Positions 12,501 to 24,594 of a stretch of DNA of 45,194 nt are shown here, piece by piece. The notes under the pieces were generated by a model, which ran no database searches, was not told where the DNA came from, and worked only from the letters and a program-made list of their open reading frames with translations. The stretch's first letter is position 1, and every line of letters begins with the position of its first letter. The translations under genes were made by a program, and so were the position numbers. Source of the DNA: Polymyxa betae A26-41 (taxonomy: Eukaryota; Protista; Endomyxa: Phytomyxea); contig RBZT01000597.1 in assembly GCA_003693705.1 (NCBI GenBank), positions 1-45,194 of the forward strand, given 5' to 3'.

Positions 12501-13158
12501 GACTATCAGCGGGCGTTGCTCACAGCCGTCCAGCAGCGAACCGACTCGGATGGCGGCGTCTGTATTCGTCAGAACAAAATCGACCATGCTGCTGACATCC
12601 CTTCAGGTCACGCTGCAAAGCGTGTTGGACGTACTGGAATCGTTATCGACCGAGTTCCAGGCGCAGGCGGTGACAGACCTATTCCGGACGATCCGTTCGC
12701 AAACCTCCACGGATTTAGCAGGCGATAATTTCGATGCCGAATCGGGCGCGGTCAACGCCTATCTGTTCCTGCGCCAGCTGAATCTGCATATGCTCCTTTA
12801 TCCGAGAAATCTGTTCGTTGTCGTCGCTGCGTCTGCCGATGCCGTTGCCAACGAACGAAGGTCGGCTTCTGAGATTGGTATGCGCCCAGGTGTGCTGAGC
12901 TCGTTTTCGTTCGCCAGTATGGGACGAAGCTCGTCGCATTCGCCACGGAAACAAAACGTGCTGAAACTGGGGATGTCCCTGGCCGGAAGCAAGTCGACAA
13001 CAGCGTTGCCAGAGAAGATCGAGAGTGACGACGATGGCAACGATACAGATTCAACCGTGTCGAAAACGCCCGACCGGGGGCCAGCATCGTCCGTCGGCTC
13101 GGATAACGGCTCGTTGTTGTCGGAAGGTATCGCGAATTCGTTGCCTTCACTTCAATAA
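9589..13158 (+). CDS. Translin-associated factor X-interacting protein 1 (TSNAXIP1)-like coiled-coil protein, multi-exon
   Basis: Coiled-coil exons followed by family-like motifs TPRPDW, IPSWLR...RFRNRNFT...MIRDVW and ELAYNFADGLDRH...CHLLHEVIRG. About 15 short GT-AG introns. Start and some internal boundaries are approximate. Confidence 0.7.
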
Positions 13159-13393
13159 CAGATTGATTGATTTCGAATCAGATGGAGTACGTTCAGGTTT
13201 CCATCCCAAACGTGCTTCGATCAGCAAAGAGGCGTCGGAATTGTCGCCAAACAGATCCGATTATGCCAGCAGCGGGCAAAGGTCTAGACGTGCGTCCATC
13301 AACATCAACATAATCCAATAGCTGATTGATATAATATATAATTATAAATTAACAAGTTATTACAAAATGGCATAAGTCAACGAAGACTTGATA

Positions 13394-14594
13394 TTAGTCG
13401 ATCATCTTCTGGATGAAACATTCCGCCAGACAATCGATATGATGCTGATCATAACCGGTAGGCGCTAACAGACCTGACCACAACACCGTCAATAATGACA
13501 ATCACAGACAGCAACACATTGATGAACCAGCCAGACACGATTGTGACGAATGTCGACATCCCTGAACGCAGCATTGCAGCACATTGCGTCCGGTAACCCT
13601 GCATACGATTTAGTAACAGTAAACACGATCAGCGGCAGCAATTGCGCTGACGCTTGAATCATGGCGATAGAGACGGCAATCCAGTCATCGTCATCAGCGG
13701 GAAGGTCATCATCGCCGATATCAATAGTCGACAGCAAACGCTCCAGATCGGAATCGACCGCGTTGCGATACGGATCCGGGCAGTAGCGACGGACGCGATC
13801 CCGGACCTGGTCCAGTACAGCGTCGGAGCTCGTGCCGACTCCATAACACCATCGCGAGACCGTCACGAATAAACGCCCGAAACGCGACAGCGCCGCTTCG
13901 CGTTCGTCCGACGAGATGTGCACCGGTTCCGGGGCCAGCACGTCGCCTGGCGCCGCCGCCGCCGCCGACGACGATTGTGCTCGTTCCAGCTGATTGCGGG
14001 CGATTCGTGACAGCTCGAATAGCATATCGGCGAACGAGTTCGTGGCCGGCAGCGATTCCTCCGCCCTGGGCGGTGCCTTCTCCAGAACCTGGCCGCGAAC
14101 GGGTCCATCCCGGGGGCGGCACGACGCCGGCTCACGCACGATGTCCCTGTACTGAATATGGACGTCCGACAACCCGGCCCGGTACGTGGCGCAGAGCGCC
14201 GCGCAGGCGCTCGAGCAGTGCGACTGCAGTGCGGGCGCCTGGGCGTGTACGACCTGGCGCTCAGCGGCCCGAATGCGGTATTTGGGCCCGTTTGGTGTTT
14301 CGGCGGGGAGATCGTTGGGGCAGGTCGGCAGACCACAGCGATGCATGTGGACGCGCTCTTCGACGACGGCGTCATAATCGGAAGGGCGGAGAACGCGAGC
14401 CTGAATATGACGTTCGTGAACGTTTCGAAATCAGGAGGTGAAGGAAATACAGCTTTGCGGAGATCGAGATCTGAGACGTGAGTGGCGAGAAGACGCTCCT
14501 GGATCTGGATGACGAAACGCTGCAGATAGCGCAGGCGAGCAGCCTTGTCGGGCTCGGCACTCGAGTCCGGCTGCATGTCTGTGGGAGTCGCCAT
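13394..14594 (-). CDS. RPAP2: RPAP2/Rtr1-family RNA polymerase II CTD phosphatase
   Basis: After intron 14401..14450 the frame reads LRPSDYDAVVEERVHMHRCGLPTCPNDL...KYRI...HCSSAC, the Rtr1/RPAP2 zinc-finger signature. Last exon ends ...CFIQKMID* at 13394. Confidence 0.85.
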
Positions 14595-14857
14595 GGACGC
14601 CGTCGCCGCGGAAATCTCACGAAAACCGGGACTGCGCGACATTCGAACAGCTTTCTAGACGCAAATTGTTCATCTGCAAGTGACGCACTAAATTTAAACT
14701 GTTAAATTAACATTTTTATTTGAGACAGTGGAATGACGACTCCAAAAAGTTGGCGTCGGTTGCGATTAGTGCGTCACAGAGCAGGACAAAGAACTGAATG
14801 GCGCATCGGCATGGCCCTGGAGCAGAAGCGACCTGCCATGAAGCGGACAGATCCGCG

Positions 14858-16609
14858 TCATTCTGTTGTCGCTTTGGACGCAGACCAGTGGCCGTCGTCG
14901 TCGATCTCAATGACGACATGATGGAATCGGCGAATGGTTGAGCGATGCCCGATCGATAGCAGCCCGGTCCCTGTCTTCGTTAACAGATCGTAGACGTAGA
15001 TTTCCGTCTGTTCGTCCATGGCCGAAGTGCTTTCGTCCAAGATCGCGAATCGCGGCCGATGATAAAGCAGCCGAGCGATCCCCAGGCGCTGCTGTTCACC
15101 ACCCGACAGAATCTCGGGCCACATTGCGACGAGATCGAGATCTTGACATATTCTGTTCAGGCGGACCGCGTCTAGAAGCCCTCTTGCAGATTTATCGTCG
15201 AGATCGGAGCCGTCAAGAGGATATGCGATCTGCTCTCGAAGTGTCCCGAACGAGAGAAAGGGACGTTGTGGCACGAAGAAGATGGAGCCACGATCGATCG
15301 GCTTTCGAATTCGACCCGATTGTACGGGCCAGAGATCTCCAAGCGCCCGAAACAGGCTCGATTTCCCGATGCCATTCGGGCCCATAATCAGGACGTTCTG
15401 TCTACCGCCGTCTTGAACGCGGAAGCTGATACCGAGCGGGAAGAGAAGCCGCCCGGAAGGCGTCCGCAGGGTCACTTGGTCGAAGGCGATTTCGTCCTCA
15501 TCCAGCAGTCTCTGCGATTCAGTCCCGATCGATTTCATGTCGTAGTCGTCACATTCGACGAGGTCGTTCAACACGGCGATTAGCTCGTCGACGCGCTCGG
15601 CGAGAGCGCACAGCTGCGAGAAATCTCGCGATAGCAGCGCGAAAACTGCGAGCTGGTAGAGCATCTGAGTAATGTAGCCGGAACTGGCCAAGAATGTCTC
15701 CTGCTTGAGCGAGTGGCCCGCGATCTTCATCGACAGGAACGGGATGACAGCGGACGCAGTTCCGACGCCCCAATAGAACAGATTCGAGTTCGTGTTCAGA
15801 GCGATATCGGAGAGCGCCTCGGCGGACGTTTGCTCGGCCATCTTCTCCATCAATTGTCGGCAGCGTTGGCGCTCGCGATCATGACCGCCTAATAACGCAA
15901 TCGATTCGCTTTGAAGACGAATGTACGTCTGCATAAAGCGATAAACACCCGTTGTGTTCGTATTCACCTTCGACAGCGCTTGCGGACGCCGCATGAGCAC
16001 GTAATTGATTGCTAGAAACACGAAGCAGAGCGCGAACGCCATCAGCGGTGCCAGGATTCCGATCGCATGCACGAGGGAGAAGCAGAAAGCGATGATGGAA
16101 GCGATCAGAGGGATGACTCCCAGGAACATTGGCGCCCCGATTAGCACCGTCTTGAGCTGAGCGCAAAGCGCCACCGTATCGGATCCGATACGTTGATCGG
16201 CATCTGTAATGCGGCCATCGATCTGTGATAGTCGAAAGGCGACCCGAGACTTAAAATATCGTTCGCCGATATATTCAGTGAGGCGATATTTCCAGGCGAC
16301 ATTGATCAGCAGGTCGCCCGTATAAAGCATGAGGGCGGCGGCCAGAGCTCCACCAAAGATCACGAAGAGCAGCATAATCAGAGCCTGGACTCGATTCCGC
16401 TCGTTCCTGCTGAGAACTGCATCCTGCAGGACGGCGAGTTGGGATGTGAACACAACATAGCAGATGCCATACAAGATTCCCATGCCGACGCAGACGCCGC
16501 ACATGGGCGCCGATTGTCGATCGGCCATGATCCGAAGCAGATTCCATAACGACCTGAGACGTCCTGCCATAACCCAGCTGGTGGTTGTTGGTATGTCAGA
16601 GCGACTCAT
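14858..16609 (-). CDS. ABC transporter subfamily D (peroxisomal-type half transporter); 5' end may extend via upstream exons toward ~17.2 kb
   Basis: TM domain with DADQRI and EAA-like LQSESIALLGG; Walker A GPNGIGKS; FVPQRPF; signature LSGGEQQRL; Walker B ILDESTSAMD; H-loop SIGHR. Confidence 0.93.
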   Translation of the reverse strand: MSRSDIPTTTSWVMAGRLRSLWNLLRIMADRQSAPMCGVCVGMGILYGICYVVFTSQLAVLQDAVLSRNERNRVQALIMLLFVIFGGALAAALMLYTGDLLINVAWKYRLTEYIGERYFKSRVAFRLSQIDGRITDADQRIGSDTVALCAQLKTVLIGAPMFLGVIPLIASIIAFCFSLVHAIGILAPLMAFALCFVFLAINYVLMRRPQALSKVNTNTTGVYRFMQTYIRLQSESIALLGGHDRERQRCRQLMEKMAEQTSAEALSDIALNTNSNLFYWGVGTASAVIPFLSMKIAGHSLKQETFLASSGYITQMLYQLAVFALLSRDFSQLCALAERVDELIAVLNDLVECDDYDMKSIGTESQRLLDEDEIAFDQVTLRTPSGRLLFPLGISFRVQDGGRQNVLIMGPNGIGKSSLFRALGDLWPVQSGRIRKPIDRGSIFFVPQRPFLSFGTLREQIAYPLDGSDLDDKSARGLLDAVRLNRICQDLDLVAMWPEILSGGEQQRLGIARLLYHRPRFAILDESTSAMDEQTEIYVYDLLTKTGTGLLSIGHRSTIRRFHHVVIEIDDDGHWSASKATTE

Positions 16610-17385
16610 TGCATGGAAGCCTTCGCAACCCTGGCTAAGGCAGATAGAGCGTCCCGACTCCTCTCTTCTGACGCAGCGAGACCCCTGTGGTGCGGCCTCT
16701 CCCTTCTTTCGTCGCCATCCCTTCTCCTGCCTGCCTTCAACCGTCTCCTAGTTGATGCAGCCGAGAGAGCATCCTCGACTCTTTCGTCGCTGAAATCTGA
16801 GGTTTTGCTCGATGAGAAAGGCTGGATGAGATATAACAGAGATTGCGAGGATCAACGTCGATGATCTTGGTCTTGACTTTGGTTTCGCAGGGTGCCTAAT
16901 GAAGCGATTAGCCGTTATCAAACTGTTTGAATGCATTACTTGAATTACTTTCCATTCAGTTACTCAGGTGGAAGTCTATATAGTAGTCCTGACATCATTC
17001 GAATCTGCTTCTTTGGTTTTTCTGGAAATTTGTCTTTTGTCCATCAAAACACTTCCACCAGGTCTTTTCTTTCATTTCTGCGTTGTAACCAGGTAAGTGC
17101 CGGCGGAGAGGGTTTTTGTGCCAAACAAGTGTTAGTGAAACGCAGCATGTAGCGAAGCAGAGCCATTCTCCTTGTCACTATCAGTCTTTGGGAGCATCAT
17201 ATCTCATCAACATCTCTACGAATTCAGCCACAATGGTCCAAACGTACCAGGCGACTCTGCCTGTTCGTCTGACAACTCGATTTAGTAACAAGCATTATCT
17301 ATGATTGGTTTCAATAGGCGCTTTTTATAACAGAACAGCTTAGCAACGTAAATCGAGTGGCTCGGCCACCCAGATGACGTCGAGG

Positions 17386-17394
17386 AAACCCTAA
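17386..17394 (+). promoter_or_regulatory. Telo-box-like AAACCCTAA in the divergent ABCD/Furry promoter
   Basis: Exact AAACCCTAA about 75 bp upstream of the Furry ATG, next to TGACGTC at 17375. Function inferred only by analogy with plant telo-boxes. Confidence 0.3.
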
Positions 17395-17468
17395 TCAGAC
17401 TGCAGACACAATGACCTTCACCATATCGATCGAGCTACTCGTCACACCCTATCCTCCATATCGGGTGA

Positions 17469-20400
17469 ATGACGACGACGGCGCCGGCGTCCAAACCCAG
17501 ACAGCTTCGATGCCCATGCGCCCTAGTCATCAATGATCTTTTGGCCCAATTTGAACCGGCCGTTGCCGAGCGTCTGCAGTATCTGACCACCCTGGGTCCA
17601 TCCGATGCGATCGTGTTCGAGTCCGATACGCCCCTGGATCGCGTCTTTCATGCTTTCGCTGCTTATTGCCCATTCTGTATCCAGCAAATGCTGAGCGAAT
17701 TGCTGAGCTGGAGGAATACACGCCATGTTCGACTGCTTTCTGATACTGCAGGCGAGAAGCAGCATCTGGCGGTCGATATCGTCTTCGTCGAGGCAAGCAT
17801 CGCAGCTTTATCACAATACGAAGGCGATACAGTACCAGAGGAATTTGCAGAAGCGATCGAAAAAGCAGCGCATGAATTCTGTCGCATGCGGGCATCGCTG
17901 ATTGCCAAATTGGATGCCGCTGCCCGTCCCATATTTTCACAATTGTTCAGCGGCTCATCGCAGGGCTCGCAGCCGTCTTCTTCAAGCACTCGCGACTATC
18001 TTTTCGACATTTGGTCTCTGATTCTTGGACGAATTTCGGTCTATCGCGTCACCCAATTCGCAGCCCGGTTTCTTCAGGGCATTGATCATGATGATATTGG
18101 CGCCATCCATGCGTACCGCATGCTGCGAAGCGTCGATTTACGATTGGATTCGGAGCCAATTTTGAGCCAAACAATGCAGTTCATTCAGCTCCTATTTCGT
18201 ATGTTCGGAACCTGTACTGGGCGGCCTAATGTCAAACGAGCGATTGTCGAAACAATGACCTGCGTTTTGTACCCGGTTGCTATGCATCCTACACAAGCCA
18301 GCGTTAACTTAACGGCCTGGTACGCTTTGATGCAGCAGATTTACGTCAGCGTACGTCGATGGGCTCGTAAGCCGCGACGTCGAGCCTATGCCTATCCGCT
18401 GCTAACTGTTGTGCTCTGTAACTGTGAACCAGAACATTTCATCACAAATTTCGGTGTTTTGCTGGAATCTCTGATCGCTCTCTACGACGATCGCGAAACC
18501 CGTCTTATCGGTATTGCTTGCATTCAGCGACTCTTCCATGTGTATTTGGAGCAGATCGCTTACCGGAAAAATGCAACCAGTAATAATCTGCTTACGATCG
18601 TTCGGCGGATTGTGTTCGGTGAACACAAGCGATTACCTTACGTGGACGGGACGCATCAGATGGAGCACGATGGATTGGTGGCACTTATTCTGACTGTCGC
18701 TGAAGGAAAGTTCGATTTCTGTGTCTCCGAAGTGATCATCAGAATGCTCCAATTTGGTGAAGGCGATGACGTCATCAACGAATATGTGCAACTGGCGTTG
18801 CGGGCGCTGATCGCGATCTTTGATCGCGGTGAACGCCGTACTCGATTGTTTACGAGTTCCTGTTCGACCAACGATTCGCTTCCTCCTGGTTTTCGGACCC
18901 ATTACGGACCCTCGATTGCAACAATGTTGGAAGCGATCGGAGAAAGGCTGTGCACGCTACAGCCATTCCAAAGTGCTGATTTAGGGCCTTACATTCATCA
19001 GCTCGGATCCCTTCTTGGATCGATACTGAAGCATTGCTACCGAGCTGTTGGCCAGACGTTGCTGACAACGCCGGCTCCACAAGCGGGGAAAATATCTCCA
19101 GCGACGTGCTCGTCTTTGGGATCTCCTCAGCTCGACCCACAAACGGAAACTATTCACCTGCCGACGCTGATTTATCGGTTCGCTTTAGCTGCATTGCCAT
19201 ACATATGGACGGAGACTGTTCAAGAATCGGATCTGTTGCGATGGATTGTACAAGCTTCAATTCATCAGAATGGCGGTATTCGTTTCGCTGCTGGTTATGT
19301 GATTGACAGTATTGAATCGAATCCCCGCGATCGCAACATGATTGGCAGATTCCTTGCTCGGCTTGCAGACTATATAATAAGCAGCGTTCCATTATCATAT
19401 GAGACAGTGGCTTTGCATCTACTGGATAACATGTGCCGCATCTTATCAGCTTTACCAGATCGTCCAGATCGTTTAAACATCGTACTATCGGATGGACAAG
19501 CAGATCAGATTGAAGCCGCTGCATTATTCTGGCTGACCAGTGCCAGTCCGAACATTCGCCTTCTCTGCTTCAGGATATTGGAAGCCGTTCGTCGTACAAT
19601 CAATGTTTACAATGACGACATCGCCAGCGATGACGACGATGACGTCATGGCTCAGATGGAGACAGCTTCGGTCAGGTCGCCTTCCGTCGCGTCGCATTCC
19701 CCTCGACGAAGACGAATGCGCCGCACCTGCGCACTGAACGTCATCGAGATGCATGAACCGACGATTATAGCAGCTTTCGATCGTCACACTCTACCAGATT
19801 TGCTTCAGTCGTGCATATCAGCTAACGATAAAGAGGAAGCAAACGGCGAAGTTCACCGCCAGATTCTAAGTGCATTATGCCAGCGAACGAGCGCTATTCG
19901 TGTTATTCATGCAGCGACTTGCAAGCCCACTGTTCAAGCGCAAAATCGCTGGACTGCTTGCTTAGCTGAAATTATTCGTCGTCTAGCACACACAAGATAT
20001 AATCACTCACTGCGGTTGCTGTTTTCGGAAGCAGCTGTCCAACTGAATTCATTCCTCTCCGATCGTGATACGAAATTGCCCAGGGACTCGTACTTTCAAT
20101 ATCGAAACATTGGAGTGGTGTCGCTGGCTGCCGCTGGCTCCAGCACTGAATATCCTCACATGCAATTAGCAGATTCTGTTGTCAGTCGCTGTGTCAATGT
20201 TCTGCGTTCTTGTGGAGATAGCCCTCATGCTGTCGTGGCGATCACAGCATTAGGCAATGTATCATCGTCGCTTATTGAAGGTGTACTGTCAGCGCTCCCG
20301 TCTACTGCCAACCATGGTCGCGTCACGTATGTTTATCGTTTGATTGCTGAGGGTTTGACTTCGGTTCTGCTCCATGACTACGAGAATGTCCGCTCCCGAT

Positions 20401-23400
20401 TTATTGCATTTGTACAAAGGATGTGTTCCCAGATGGAGCACGATTCTGTTGGAGATTTGGAATTAAGGCAAAACTTTGCGATTATTGTCAGACGCCTGAG
20501 CGAAGAATCGATTGCAGAACCCTGTCTGCTGGCACTGGATCAATCGTTACGAATTCAGGTTTTCACATTGCTGTCTCGATGGGTTTCGCCTTCAGCATTT
20601 TCCTCTCGCAGCGGTTCACGAACAGATTCTTCGGCTCCAGAATCAGTTTCAATTATGACTGCAATGGCATCTTTGTTACTTGGGCCTTTCTTAGATCCCG
20701 ACGGGCAAGTTCCGGATAGCCAAGTCTTTCCCTGGATAAATTCTGTCCTTAAACATTCAATGTACTGTCTGCATTCTTGATCGTTATATCTGTATTCAAT
20801 CCATTCTAGGCCTTCTATACGCGATATTGGATCGCTTGCCTTACAAAACGTGCTTGTTTCTAATCCCACTTCGACAGTTTTGTCGTATTACGCAAGCCAA
20901 TGCTACTCTGCAGAGATTCCCGTAGCCCGACGATATTTCCTGGTTGTTGGTGAATATTGGATGAATACCAGCAGTGCTCGTTTAGCATTACCTGAGATTG
21001 TTCATCTCATCATCTATAAACTTGGAGATCGCTCGTTCACAGTTCGTTCTATGGCCATGGATATGGTCCCTGTATTGGCTGAAAAGGTGAATACTTTTCT
21101 GATGGGCGTTTGACAATGCGACATGGATTTGACTTGTTTGTGCTATTTTCGTTCCATTAACGTCTTCGTAGCGTCCAGGAACGCTGTTCGGCCGCAATGT
21201 CCCTCATATGGTCATAACCAGCCGGCTTCCAGATACGTACTTGCAGAAACAGATGGAAGTTTCGATGCGATTTTCGAAAGAGTATGCCTCGATCACCGAC
21301 GAATTCCTATCGACTTTGTGGAAATACTTGCCCTCAGTTCCTCCATACGATCAGCTGATTATGCTACGCTATTGCCGATGCTGGATTCAGGGCATCAACT
21401 TGACAGGAAAACTTGGCGGTCGAATGCTAGAAATATGTATTGAACAAGTTGTTAATGCCATATATCGCTCTAAATCGCTTTATAGTGTTCCGCGTAACGG
21501 TTGAGCACGGCATCCATTTTGCAGTGGAATTACAACAGATATGGCGCGAATTAGCCACAAAATCTGAAAATGGAATCTCTCTTGATAATTTACGATGCAC
21601 TTTGAAATTTCTGTTGGTCAAATGCTGCCTTTGCGAAATTGAAAGGTCGTCGGCCCATGTCGGGATGATTTTTGAAACTGCCAAACGCATTACATTATAT
21701 CTGAGCCGCGTTGCTCAAACCGAAGTCATTCAGTCGCTGGTTGCTGAAATCGAAAACGAATCTGATTCAGTATTTGGCGCTTTACCTGAGACGAACGACG
21801 ACCAGCCTGGCCAGAACTTAACCGATACCGAACTGATTCTGATGAAGCTTGATCGAACCCAAAACGAAGGATTTCTGTCAGCTCCCGGCCTCTATCCGCC
21901 TTCTGAAACTGGCGATGAAACAAGGCGCCAGCAGCGCGTTCCAAACCGTCCACGCAATGTCGCCGAACGAGCGAACCCGTCAACATCGCATATCGCATTG
22001 ATGCTGTTAGTCGAGGTCGCGTATGAGATGAAATCGGAAGCTCTGGCTCAGTTCGAATCTCATGTTATGTTAATGCAGCATTGGGCTTTGCTAGGCTTAG
22101 ACCATCATATTTTTGAGATCCGCGAACAGTCGAAGTTTCTGCTGCTTAATCTGGTCCATGCATTAACATTTCGCGGATTCGACAGCAATGCCTTTGCTGA
22201 TGATGACGACCAAGAAGAACATCGTGCACAAGTTTCACGCCGTAACAAGGCACGTCAGTTAATGGACTATTTGATGTCTGGTGATGGAGTCCCACTATGG
22301 AGACGAGAGGTTATTTCTGGTACCAATATGGTCCTAGACAGTGTGGACGCAATGGCGGCAGTTATCCGACCTCTGCTTCAAGTCTGCGATGCACCAAATG
22401 CGGTTAGTTCCTGGGCGAACTATGCGCTGGAATCAGCTAGACGTGGTGGACCTCTGATCGCCTCCCGTTCGCTACAAATGTTCCGGATTCTGACCGAAAA
22501 CTGCAAAGAAGACCAAGTTACCATTATCTTTAAGCAACTCATCGAGTTCCTGCATGTGTCTAACGATGCCTGCGTTATCAGCGAAGCGCTTTCAACACTT
22601 GTTGTGATTCTGGATCGAGTCAAAGACGGCAACGGTCCTATACTGGAAGACCTATCGCATTTGCTATGGCATTGTGTCGATGTGCTCGGATGCAACAATG
22701 TCCCTGTACACGTGTTTGTCCATGCTGTCACATTATTGATTCAGCTAATGGATAAGATCTCGGTCGAAGACCAAGCAGTCCGCATAGCCATCATGCGGCA
22801 ACGTCTGACGTCTTTCCATGGTTTGCAACCTCTGGTGCTCGATGGACTAGCTGCAGGATGTATTATCCGGCAACCTGCCTATATCCTGTTATCGAAGCTG
22901 ACCCTGTCTGGGTTTTCCGCATTTGTGGACCCGTCTGATGGCCGAGTTCTACACAATATCATCGGGCTGTTGCCCTGGTTATGTGAACACATCTCGATGC
23001 GAGAATATCCGCCGGCTGTGGCCAATGCAGCTCGTAATCTGCGCCGTTTGAGCGAGACTCGTCTGGATGATATCAAGCTGTCGCGGAGTCTCGCTGCATT
23101 CGAGCGCCACGAGATTCGAACCGCATCACAACTTTGTGAGGCTCTGGCTCCAAGCTTAACGTCGATGATGAAAAGGCATGGTGACGATGTTGTCTTCGAT
23201 ATTCTTACAGGAATGCTACGCGCAGGATCTGCCGAGCAGCAGAAAGTGATTATCGTCATCATGACATCGCTGTTTCGACATTTACATTGGCAGCAAACCT
23301 CGTTGCGCCATCATGGCTCGAATATGTTCACAACGCTTATTGGGATGCAGAACGGCGTAAACCGAAACGATATTATGACACTGATCTCAATTCTTCTGGA

Positions 23401-24196
23401 AAAGACGTGTTCATCTTCAGGCTCGTCGTGTTCTGATTGGCTGCAGGACATAACGGTTTCCTCATCACCCGTACTGGATATCGCTCCTGCTCCTGCTCCT
23501 GTATTTGCTCGTTCGCCATCTCCGGTCCGCATGCGGTCGCCATCGCCGCGGCATGACGCGCCAGCGCCGACTGCTCAACCATCAGTTCAGAATTCGATTC
23601 AGTCGTCAGATGACGAAGACGACAAAGACGCTCGTCAGTTCACATGGAGTGCTGATTGGGCTCGCCGACGGCGATTAATCTATTCAACACATTCGCGTCG
23701 CCTTTCATTTATATCAAACCAGTTTCGGGACGAGAAATCCAATAATTCTCCGAGGCGGTTACCGACTCAAATGGCAACAGTTCCCAATTCGAATCAAGTG
23801 TTGCCGTCAGCGCCGCCAGGCGAATCCCCATACAATAGCCTATCCAGGACGCCATCGAAGCTGTATCCGGCATTGTATAGGCAACACAGTTCCGATGTCG
23901 GAAGTATAGCTGGAGAGACGCGGAGATTGATGGAAGGCTGGAGCTCACCCGTTTCAGTGCGAGTTGAGGGATTCGGGTTTCTACGCCGCCGCTCTTCGAA
24001 CCATCTGCCCTCAGCACCTTCAATCGAGAAAGATTTCGGTTTCTGGGAGAGGCGTATGCAGTCTCCAGCTTCTGTGAAATCCGACGGCGGAAACAATCGC
24101 AATAGAACTCTGGGTCGGCCGCCGCGCACACCACCTGTTCCAACTGGCCAAAGACCATTCCGGATGACGCCCGACGATATAGCTCGAAGGAAGTAG
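17469..24196 (+). CDS. FRY: Furry / Tao3 / Mor2 (MOR2-PAG1) cell-morphogenesis scaffold, ~2,100 aa, only ~3 introns (~20762-20809, 21088-21170, ~21437-21485)
   Basis: Very large HEAT/ARM-like protein with family features: LLSWR near the N-terminus, YPLLTVVLC, AAALFWLTSASPNIR, AKRITLYLSR, ALMLLVEV, LGLDHHIFEIREQSKFLLLNL, ASRSLQMFRIL, FHGLQPLVLDGL, IIGLLPWL. Confidence 0.88.
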
Positions 24197-24594
24197 ATTA
24201 ACGAGTAATAAATAGTGTATTTAAATTGGGATATCAGCAAGATTGTCGCTGATGTCGTTAGCTACAGATAATATAACGTCTCTGCATAGGGTTATGATCA
24301 TACAGAGATCGTGAATCTTTCCGAATTGCTGCATTCTCACAGAGCCCGACGACTAGTAGAGAAAGCCTTAAATGAACTGGAATCATGAAGAGCTATGATG
24401 GTTTACCTTAGGATGTGGAATCCATTGCAGCCCACCACGATCAATTCTAATCATGGACATCCCGCTTGAATGAATATACTGGATCGGGAGCCTAAACAGC
24501 GAAATATTCCATGAGCACATTGCGAACGTTTCTGAATAAAACACCAAGTTGTAAACACAGAAAGCAATTCGGACGAATATCGAAAGCTATGGGG

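Noticed and set aside
13721-14642. Several long overlapping ORFs suggesting frameshifting or dual coding
   Set aside because: Explained by GC-rich, stop-poor sequence and a 50-nt intron at 14401-14450 in RPAP2.
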